From: an uncultured bacterium
GTDB taxonomy: Bacteria > Latescibacterota > Latescibacteria > Latescibacterales > Latescibacteraceae
Direction of reading: 5' to 3'
Assembly: GCA_964426865.1 (NCBI GenBank)
Contig: CAYRTQ010000002.1
Coordinates: 1 to 48,611 of the forward strand
DNA length: 48,611 nucleotides
Part shown: positions 18,156-26,045 of the stretch, piece by piece
How positions within the stretch are numbered: the stretch's first letter is position 1
How the letters are laid out: the number at the start of each line of letters is the position of its first letter
Position numbers and translations under genes: made by a program
Notes under the pieces: model-generated
The model's database searches: none
The model's input: only the letters and a program-made list of their open reading frames with translations
Told to the model about the DNA's origin: nothing

Positions 18156-19490
18156 ATGAATCGCATCACGTTTCTTCTCGTACTGGCTCTATATTGTGCG
18201 CCTGCCGTTTCCGCCCCGGCGACAAACTACTTCGTGGACTACACAAAGGGAAACGACGGCAACACCGGTCTGTCCCCCGGGCAGGCATGGAGAACCGTTG
18301 GTAAAGTCAATGGCCTGAATTTCAGCGCCGGGGATTCCATTCTCTTCAAGCGTGGAGAAATCTGGCGCGAAACACTCATCGTGCCCTCATCCGGTTCGGC
18401 GAACAATCCCATCGTGTTCGGGGCGTATGGCTCCGGGGCAAAGCCTGTTTTCGACGCCGACAGCACCCGATCCAACGCAATATACATCGACGGGAAAAAA
18501 CACATAACCCTCTGGTGCCTTGATGCTTGCCAGGGAGCGCGAGAGTCAGTTCGCGTCGAGAACAATTCATCGTATATCGTGTGCGATAGCCTTATCGTTC
18601 GCGATACCGCCGATACTCCCGGCTACGGCGTGGGGCTTTTGTTTAGTGGATGCCACAACTACATCGTACGGCGTTGCGAAGCCTACAACAACTATTGGAA
18701 CGGTTTCGCCACCCAGACATACACCGCAACCAGCGCCGTGGGAGACTGCATCTACGAGTATAACAAATCACATGACAACGGGCATACCGGATTCGACTTT
18801 CAGGCGGTGTCCGAAACCCGGAACATACGTAATGTGACATTCCGCTATAACACAGCCTACAGGAACGCCCATTGCGGCGTCTATATCGACCAGGAAGACC
18901 CCCAGACCGTCTCGGGCATCACCATCGCCTATTGTTCGGTATACAGGAACGGGCGAGGCGGCGTCTACATAGACGATAACTCCGGGAGCGGGCGCACGCC
19001 TCCCTTTGCATCTGGCGTCACCATTTGCAACTGCACCTGTTATGGCAATGGGACGACCGGCGAAGTGACAAGCCCCGGCATCCTCGGGTTTATGCAAAAT
19101 TCCACTGTACGAAACTGCATTTTCTGCAACAATCAGGATGCGTATGATTCGAGCAAAATTGAACTGTGGCTCAACGATGGAGGAGGTACGAGCAATACGG
19201 TAAACTACAACTGCCTTTACAATCTGCATTCCTCCGGCATCATTTCCTGGAACGGGACGCCATACACCCACAGCGGTTTTCAGTACATCGGCCAACAGGC
19301 CAACGGAATTTCCGTCAATCCATTATTTGCTTCCGCTGATGGTGACGATTACACTCTCACCGGTTCCTCGCCCTGCATCAACGCCGGAATCGCGACGGGG
19401 TTTTCAAAAGATGTTGCGGGGAATACGGTACCAGATAATAGTGCGCCCGACATCGGCGCATACGAATATCAATCGAGCGGAGAAAAGTGA
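18156..19490 (+). CDS. Secreted right-handed parallel beta-helix protein (pectate-lyase-fold), no T9SS tail
   Basis: Signal MNRITFLLVLALYCAPAVSA. N-terminus NYFVDYTKGNDGNTGLSPGQAWRTVGKVN..GDSILFKRGEIWRE. Repeated N-x-G/H beta-helix turns are present. The C-terminus reads SPCINAG..DVAGNTVP..APDIGAYEY. Confidence 0.75.
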   Translation: MNRITFLLVLALYCAPAVSAPATNYFVDYTKGNDGNTGLSPGQAWRTVGKVNGLNFSAGDSILFKRGEIWRETLIVPSSGSANNPIVFGAYGSGAKPVFDADSTRSNAIYIDGKKHITLWCLDACQGARESVRVENNSSYIVCDSLIVRDTADTPGYGVGLLFSGCHNYIVRRCEAYNNYWNGFATQTYTATSAVGDCIYEYNKSHDNGHTGFDFQAVSETRNIRNVTFRYNTAYRNAHCGVYIDQEDPQTVSGITIAYCSVYRNGRGGVYIDDNSGSGRTPPFASGVTICNCTCYGNGTTGEVTSPGILGFMQNSTVRNCIFCNNQDAYDSSKIELWLNDGGGTSNTVNYNCLYNLHSSGIISWNGTPYTHSGFQYIGQQANGISVNPLFASADGDDYTLTGSSPCINAGIATGFSKDVAGNTVPDNSAPDIGAYEYQSSGEK

Positions 19491-20268
19491 ACATATGAAA
19501 AGAATAAGAAAAATGGGCTTGTAGGACGGATTCGTGGCTTCCTTTCGGATATATGCAGAAATACAGCCAAACGGGGAGATCGGATTCGTTCCTGCATTTT
19601 TCCTTCCCGTTCCGTAATTGAGGTGTTCCCCCGTCTTTTTCCCCCGATTCTCATCCCTCGACTCTTCATCATGTTGAAACGGGTTCTCGCTCTCTTTTCA
19701 GGAGAGGAGAATCCCGGTCGGTATCTCTTTCCTCAAATGCCGGGCAATAAATTTATCCCTCAAAAAAAATCCTTCCCAAAGCTGATGGCCCACTGTATAA
19801 TATCATGCAAATATTTGGGGCGCAATATTTTCATATTGATAAGATAATATATCGAATGATATAAGCGGCATAACTCCATTAAAAATAAGATAAAAGCCAG
19901 GTTACGACTACGTCGGCGCGTTTTTCCGAACTGCGGGATTTTTCTGTCCGTGGAAAGGAGGATGAATATTGAACGCGGAAAGAGCGCCGCTCTTTCCAGA
20001 TGCCGGTCTTTCCGTGTACGGGGTATCTTCGCCGGTTTCCCCGGAAAGGACAGGCTGAAAAAATCCGGCGGGGGTGAAAAGGGACCATTCACAAAGGAGG
20101 GAGAACATTTACCTGTCAGGGAAATTCGGTCAACGCAGTTTGTAAAATGTTTTTCATAAGCAGAAAAGGAGGCCTGCTGATCTGGGCGAAATTGATTCGG
20201 GAGCGGTTGCGTTCCGGGATCGGTTCGCCTCGTAAGCGACGTTCTTTTCGAGTTTAAGGAGTTGATTT

Positions 20269-23200
20269 ATGTTTTTTGCATGCAATATCAGGAAACACAC
20301 CGGAATCGAGAATTTTTTCCGCTCCAGTCTGTCCCGTATCACTCTCACCGGGATGGCCGTGCTTTTCATCATCAGCCCCGCATTGTCTCATGCCGCAACC
20401 TACTACGTGGATACTGCCGGAAACGACTCGAACAGTGGAACCTCCACCACCGCACCATGGAGAACTGTCGCTAAAGTGAACGGGCGGACCTATTCCCCCG
20501 GTGACTTTATCCTCTTCAAACGGGGACAGACGTGGAACGAAACCCTGATCGTCTCGTCTTCGGGTGCAAGCGGAAAACACATCACCTACGGTGCGTATGG
20601 AACCGGCAACCGGCCGGTCTTCAACGGCGGAAACACCCGTTCCCACTGTGTCGAGGCGAACAACAAGGATTACATCACCTTTTCGAACCTTGACGCCAAT
20701 GACGGCGCCACCAATGGTTTCTATGTGCATGACGGCGATTCGCACGATTTCCTGGTGGAAGACTGTATCGCCCGAAGCGCGGGAGACCTGGGATTTCTCT
20801 TCAAGGGAACCCACAACATCACCCTCCGCAGGTGCGAGGCAACCACGAGTTACTGGAACGGGTTCGCCATGCAGACCTTTACCGCAACGTACACCGCCGG
20901 TCCTTATCTCTTTGAGGACTGCGATTCGTACAACAACGGGCATGTCGGATACGATTTCCAGTGCGCAACGACGAATCAGAGCAATATCGTTCTTCGTCGG
21001 TGCAAGGCAAGGGGTAATGGTCAAAACGGGGTCTATGTCGACCAGGAGTCCAGGCGGCTCACCAATATGACCATCGAATACTGCGAGTTCTCCAATAACG
21101 GCAGGATCGGCATCATTATCGACGACGGCAATTCGTCCACCCGTACACCCCCCTATGCCGACAACATTACCATTGATAACTGTGTCTGTTATGGGAATGG
21201 AACCAACGTTCAAACGCCTGTCGTTCCCGGGGAGGGAATCCGCGGCTACATGCAGAACTCCCGAATCCGGAACTGTATCATTTACAACAACAACGTGAAT
21301 TACAACAACAAGACTGAGCTTTACGTCACCGACGGCGGCGGAACTCCCAATACCTGCGATTACACGCTCATCTATAGCCCGAGCATGTCCAATCCCATAA
21401 ATTGGGAGGGCGCCCAGTACACGTATTCCGGATTTCGCAATACCGGTCAAAACGCTCACGGTCTCTTCGTGAATCCGCTTTTTGTGAGCCCGTCCACCGG
21501 TAATTATACCCTCCAGGCGACTTCCCCCTGCATCAACGCGGGAACAAATCTTGGCCTCACCAAGGACCTGGCCGGAAACATCGTTCCCGTCGGAGGCGCG
21601 CCGGATATGGGCGCTTATGAATACGGCACGGCGACCGCGCCGAAGCCGGCCATTTCCTCGGTAACCATCGCTCCCAATACCGGCTGGGCCAAGGTGGGCG
21701 CCGCGATCGTCATCACTGTGAGATCCCTGAACAATACCACCGGCCTGACCCCCTCCACCGCCGCCATCAACGGGAAGAGCGTTTCCCTCCGGGATGCGGG
21801 GAACGGGACCTATACCGGGACATACACAGTCGCGGAAGGCGATCCCGACGGACGGAACGTCGAGGCCACGAACATCACCCTGACCGGATCGGGCGGAACC
21901 AGCGCTCCGGCTTCCTCCACCGGTTCCACGCTCGCGGTGGATGGTCACACTCCCCGGATCGCCTCGGTCGTCCTCAGCCCCAATTCCGGCGTCATATACA
22001 ATGGGGACACGGTGACCATCACGGTGACCGCCCTCAACAACGAAACCGGCCTCATTCCTTCCGCCGCCACAATCAATGGGAAATCGGCGGCCCTGGCAGA
22101 GCAGGGCGGCGGCATCTACAGGGGAACGTACACGGTTCAGTCCACGGATGCCCGGGGAGTAAACATCGCGGCCACGAATATCACCCTGCGTGACACCGCG
22201 GGGAATGTGAGCGCCGCCGCCGCATCGGGCAGCTCGACGCTGAGTGTGGGCAGTGTGGCTCAAGGCCCCCATTTCAGGCCGGCTTACTCGAATACCGGGA
22301 GCAGCAGTTCGGTTATCCTGCTCACGACGGTTCCGGTTGCCATCAACGGCGCCCCGCTCGCCACCGATGACGAGATCGGGGTATTCACCCCGGGCGGGCT
22401 TTGCGCGGGAACCGGCGTCTGGACCGGGCAGAATCTGACCATCACCATCTGGGGCGACGATGCGGAAGCTTCCGGCAGTCAGGGATTCCAGGACGGTGAA
22501 GCCTACTCGTTCCGGATATGGGATGTTTCGGCCCTGGCGGAATACACCGCCACGGCAACCTTCGCGGACGGCGACGGGAAATTCCATGTGAACGATGTAC
22601 GCGTCCTGAAGGGTCTTACGGTCGGAACCGTCTCCCAGGCCACCATCCAGATACCGCTCGCCGCGGGCTGGAACATGGTTTCTTCGAATGTCATCCCGGC
22701 AAACACGCTCCTGAGCGCGGTTCTCGGCAACGCCGCCGGAAGCATCAGCTTCATCAAGAACGGCGCCGGACAGGTCTACTGGCCCGCGTACTCCATCGAC
22801 CAGATCGGCGAATGGAAGGCCACTGACGGGTACATGATCAAGGCCGCCAGTGCGACTACCATCACAATCACCGGAGTCACTGCCGGTCCCGCCGACATCA
22901 CATACCTGCTCGCGCAAGGTTGGAACCTGGTAAGCTTTACCGGGACGGACGGCGCCAGCCCGGCGACCGCGTTTGCCTCGCTCGGTTCCGCGCTGCGGCT
23001 GGCGAAGGATGGCTCCGGCGGGTTGTACTATCCCCAGCTCAACATCAACCAGATCGGGACGATGCGCACCGGAAAGGGATACTGGGTAAATCTCTATTCC
23101 CCGTCTGCGCTGAGATACTCGGGAACCCTGGCGAAGGCGGCGCTGGCAGCGGGTGACGCTTCCACCTCCGGGGTGTTCGGGAATACCGGCAACAATGCCA

Positions 23201-23814
23201 CCCTCATGATCGAGAAGCGCCTTGGCATCCTGGCAAACGGGAAGACGATCCAGCGTGGCGACGAGATCCGGGTGTATTCTCCCCGGGGTCTTCTGGTCGG
23301 AAAGGGAACCTGGGAGAACGCCAATTGCGCGGTGACCATCTGGGGTGACGATTCCGAGACGACTGAGATCGACGGTCTGCAGACGGGAGAGTCCCCGGTT
23401 ATCCGGGTCTGGAACCGGGAAACCAATCGCGAGATGGAAGTCAAGGCGGTCTTTGCAGCCGGGAAATCCGCTTTCCAGACCGACTCCTTCCTTATCCTCG
23501 ATTCGCTGACCGGGCAGAATTCCGTTTCCCAGCCCCAGTCTTTCCAATTGGGACAGAACTATCCCAATCCCTTCAATCCGGAGACGCACATCGCGTTCGA
23601 GTTGCCCGTGGTTTCCCGGGTGAAACTCACCGTGTACAATTCTCTCGGGCAGAAGGTCAGAACCCTGGTCGACCAGACGCTGCCCGCGGGGAGCCATTCC
23701 AGAGTGTGGAATGGAAGGGATGAAAACGGTCTGATGTCAACCAGCGGAGTGTATTTTTACACCCTCGAAGTCGGAAGCTTCAAGGAAACGCGCAAAATGA
23801 CGTTCACCAAATAA
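20269..23814 (+). CDS. Large T9SS-sorted surface protein: beta-helix domain paralogous to 18156..19490, two tandem Ig-like modules, two copies of a two-part module, and a T9SS C-terminal domain
   Basis: AGGAG lies 7 nt upstream. N-terminus ATYYVDTAGNDSNSGTSTTAPWRTVAKVN..GDFILFKRGQTWNE is colinear with the 444-aa neighbour through ..APDMGAYEY. The C-terminus YPNPFNPETHIAFELP..LTVYNSLGQKVRTLVD..SGVYFYTLEV is a Por-secretion-tail pattern. Confidence 0.85.
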   Translation: MFFACNIRKHTGIENFFRSSLSRITLTGMAVLFIISPALSHAATYYVDTAGNDSNSGTSTTAPWRTVAKVNGRTYSPGDFILFKRGQTWNETLIVSSSGASGKHITYGAYGTGNRPVFNGGNTRSHCVEANNKDYITFSNLDANDGATNGFYVHDGDSHDFLVEDCIARSAGDLGFLFKGTHNITLRRCEATTSYWNGFAMQTFTATYTAGPYLFEDCDSYNNGHVGYDFQCATTNQSNIVLRRCKARGNGQNGVYVDQESRRLTNMTIEYCEFSNNGRIGIIIDDGNSSTRTPPYADNITIDNCVCYGNGTNVQTPVVPGEGIRGYMQNSRIRNCIIYNNNVNYNNKTELYVTDGGGTPNTCDYTLIYSPSMSNPINWEGAQYTYSGFRNTGQNAHGLFVNPLFVSPSTGNYTLQATSPCINAGTNLGLTKDLAGNIVPVGGAPDMGAYEYGTATAPKPAISSVTIAPNTGWAKVGAAIVITVRSLNNTTGLTPSTAAINGKSVSLRDAGNGTYTGTYTVAEGDPDGRNVEATNITLTGSGGTSAPASSTGSTLAVDGHTPRIASVVLSPNSGVIYNGDTVTITVTALNNETGLIPSAATINGKSAALAEQGGGIYRGTYTVQSTDARGVNIAATNITLRDTAGNVSAAAASGSSTLSVGSVAQGPHFRPAYSNTGSSSSVILLTTVPVAINGAPLATDDEIGVFTPGGLCAGTGVWTGQNLTITIWGDDAEASGSQGFQDGEAYSFRIWDVSALAEYTATATFADGDGKFHVNDVRVLKGLTVGTVSQATIQIPLAAGWNMVSSNVIPANTLLSAVLGNAAGSISFIKNGAGQVYWPAYSIDQIGEWKATDGYMIKAASATTITITGVTAGPADITYLLAQGWNLVSFTGTDGASPATAFASLGSALRLAKDGSGGLYYPQLNINQIGTMRTGKGYWVNLYSPSALRYSGTLAKAALAAGDASTSGVFGNTGNNATLMIEKRLGILANGKTIQRGDEIRVYSPRGLLVGKGTWENANCAVTIWGDDSETTEIDGLQTGESPVIRVWNRETNREMEVKAVFAAGKSAFQTDSFLILDSLTGQNSVSQPQSFQLGQNYPNPFNPETHIAFELPVVSRVKLTVYNSLGQKVRTLVDQTLPAGSHSRVWNGRDENGLMSTSGVYFYTLEVGSFKETRKMTFTK

Positions 23815-23837
23815 CCCGGTATTCCCGGCGGGGTAAA

Positions 23838-23871
23838 AGAAGGGGAGGGGCTTCAGGGCCGCTCCCCTTCT
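23838..23871 (-). terminator. Hairpin terminator overlapping the stop codon of 23853..24422
   Basis: AGAAGGGGAG (23838-23847) pairs with CTCCCCTTCT (23862-23871), a 10-bp perfect stem. On the minus strand it is followed by TTTTAC. It sits between convergent genes. Confidence 0.6.
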
Positions 23872-24422
23872 TCGTACGGCGTTGTTGGCGGAAGAGGGGC
23901 CGGGACCTCTTGCACGGGCGATCTTCTGACCCATGCCTCTCTCCAGTAATGGAAACAGGAACTGTCGCAGTTTCGATGTTCGGAGCCGTCGCAGTACACC
24001 CCGTCGAGGAGCACGGTATTGTATATTTTCCGGAGGCTGCCCGTGCTCTCGACCATGATCTGGTCCACCCGCTTGAACACCCGGTAGCTCTTCCCGCAGA
24101 ACTTCCACATCTCCGGCATGAAAGAGAGTCCCCGGGTTCTTCCCGAGCGGTCGAGAGTCGCCATGATTTCCTGCGAGGTTTTCACCTCCACCAGCTCTCC
24201 CGGCTGGAGGTTCAGAACCTCGCCATCGCGGGGGGGAGCCGAAGCGATGCCGGGGATACGCTGCTTTTCCCGTGGGGAGACCTTGCCCGCGACCTTTTGT
24301 ACTGTCGCCCATGCTCCATTCTTCCGCCAATGCCGATAGACCCGATGGAACAGAACACGGGCCGGCGATGCCTTTACGAGTTCAAAACTGGAACAGGTGA
24401 CTTTCTTCCGGTCCATTTCCAT
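23853..24422 (-). CDS. Conserved-looking hypothetical protein with Cys-rich C-terminal half, translationally coupled to FemAB-like gene
   Basis: AAGGAG lies 9 nt upstream, overlapping the FemAB-like stop region. The sequence ..LQPGELVEVKTSQEIMATLD..RGLSFMPEMWKFCGKSYRVFKRV..VLLDGVYCDGSEHRNCDSSCFHYWREAWVRR resembles an uncharacterised family I have seen in polysaccharide loci. No function is known to me. Confidence 0.55.
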   Translation of the reverse strand: MEMDRKKVTCSSFELVKASPARVLFHRVYRHWRKNGAWATVQKVAGKVSPREKQRIPGIASAPPRDGEVLNLQPGELVEVKTSQEIMATLDRSGRTRGLSFMPEMWKFCGKSYRVFKRVDQIMVESTGSLRKIYNTVLLDGVYCDGSEHRNCDSSCFHYWREAWVRRSPVQEVPAPLPPTTPYEEGERP

Positions 24423-24434
24423 ATTCTCCGCTCC

Positions 24435-25541
24435 TTATTTCTGCGCCCCGCTGTGAGCAATCCTGAAACCCGGGGCAATGCAACCGGCGATACGGTTTCG
24501 GGTTCCCTTTGCGTACTCTCCGACCTGGACGACCACTTGACTCAGCCTGCTCGTGCAGTTGGAATACTCGCTGATCAGCACCTCCTTTCCCATTTTTCCG
24601 CACAGGCCCGATTTGAACTGGTACCCGCCGGGGTTGGTATGCCGGTTGATTCCGCACAGGTCATACCAGGTGCAACCCCGCTCCCGCAGGGACTCGATCA
24701 TCTTCCACCACATGAGATAGGAGCCGTGGAGGCGGGCGCCCCGATCTCCGGTGGCGGCGATCAGCGCCTTTGCCATTTTGCCCGCATCCGAGGTGATGAG
24801 TCCCGCTATCGGCTCGTCGTCATAGGTGCAGATCATGATTTTCATTTTGAGCGGATCGGGCAACTCCTGCTGGACAACCCGATAGAATCCCATATCGGCG
24901 ATGTTTGTGAACTGCTTCCGGACAAGCATCTCCCGGTAAAGAGAGTTCACCATCTCGAACAGATCCATTCCCACACCCTCGATGATTCTCAGATGGGGAT
25001 CCTCCTGGGCGCGGTTCAGGTTTTGTCTCCATTGCCTTTTTACCATTCTCAGAAACGCCTCCGTCGAAGAGGGCATATTCATGACCATGGTGTGATAGGG
25101 CGCCCGGAAACTGCTCGGACAGAATCCTTCCTCCTGAAAAATGGAGGGCATATCCTCTGTCATGAAACTCGAAATATTCGGTTTCACCGTGAGCAAAAGA
25201 TTCCTTTTTTCCGCGTATTCCTCGCGCAGGGAGCGGAGCATAAAATGGAGCGCCTCGGGATCAACCTCTGTTCCGCTCCTCCGCCACAACGGTCCCTCCG
25301 AAACCACCGCCAACCCCGCTCCGAGGAGCGGGACCCTGGTGATCTTGACCTGGGCCATGGCCAGAATCTCGTTGCCGTCTTTCAGCGTCATGTGGCTCAG
25401 TTTGTCCTCCCCCGCCCATACGGTTCCCCATGTCCGGGTCTGAAAGATCGAAACATCCTCAAAGCCCTGGATGGCCTTTTCCCATGCATCTTTCGATAGT
25501 GTGTCGACCTCGACGCCATATCCTGAATATGGATCCATCAC
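24435..25541 (-). CDS. FemAB-family / GNAT-fold aminoacyl- or acyl-transferase (copy 1)
   Basis: 368 aa with two GNAT-like halves. ..FQTRTWG..LREEYAEKRNLLL..NPGGYQFKSGLCG.. is typical of FemAB-related proteins in EPS loci. It is colinear with 38819..39922. Confidence 0.7.
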   Translation of the reverse strand: MMDPYSGYGVEVDTLSKDAWEKAIQGFEDVSIFQTRTWGTVWAGEDKLSHMTLKDGNEILAMAQVKITRVPLLGAGLAVVSEGPLWRRSGTEVDPEALHFMLRSLREEYAEKRNLLLTVKPNISSFMTEDMPSIFQEEGFCPSSFRAPYHTMVMNMPSSTEAFLRMVKRQWRQNLNRAQEDPHLRIIEGVGMDLFEMVNSLYREMLVRKQFTNIADMGFYRVVQQELPDPLKMKIMICTYDDEPIAGLITSDAGKMAKALIAATGDRGARLHGSYLMWWKMIESLRERGCTWYDLCGINRHTNPGGYQFKSGLCGKMGKEVLISEYSNCTSRLSQVVVQVGEYAKGTRNRIAGCIAPGFRIAHSGAQK

Positions 25542-25662
25542 TTCACCTCACCTCTGCACTCTTGACACGATGGGAGTGCCATCCATTTTCGCCGCCATTC
25601 ACCGTGCGGTTTGGCTCATTTGTTTCTTTGTAACTGTCCATGTACATGATACAGCAGGAGTA

Positions 25663-25990
25663 ATGGAGCAGGCAGCGCGCCTGGCGTGGACGGCAGCGCG
25701 GTTGACCGCGCGGGTAACGGAACTTGAGGCGCGCCTGGCGATGAGCAGCGCCAACGGTTCGAAACCGCTGTCCAGCGGCGGGTACGCCCATCCGCGTCCG
25801 GACCGATATCTCCCCATCGCATACGCAGGGCAAGGACCTCTTTCAAGGCATCCGGGATGTTCTTGAGGAACCCCCGTGACCCCACAACCGCTCTCCGTTC
25901 CAAGACATCGTTTCGGCGAACAAACAATGACCACATTGTGGAAAAACAATTACAACACATGTGGTTGCAATCGGTTTTCGATATTGCCGC
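25663..25990 (+). pseudogene. Remnant of an IS66-family transposase gene (N-terminal leucine-zipper region, decayed)
   Basis: MEQAARLAWTAARLTARVTELEARLAMSSANGSKPLSSGGYAHPRP matches the ..LEARL..NS.NSSKPPSSDG.. signature of IS66-family TnpC N-termini. It is followed by ..GQGPLSRHPG.. (cf. GGQPGHPG) and, out of frame, a C.C (CGC) that may be the zinc-finger trace. No DDE domain remains. Confidence 0.5.
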
Positions 25991-26045
25991 ACACATTGTG
26001 ATTCAGTGTTATATCGCTTGAAAATAACCGACAGACAGTGGCCGA

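Noticed and set aside
20254-23697. 1147-aa minus-strand ORF opposite the large T9SS protein
   Set aside because: It is a G/R/D/P-rich low-information translation. The plus strand has an SD, a signal peptide, beta-helix motifs and a T9SS tail, so the minus frame is a GC shadow.
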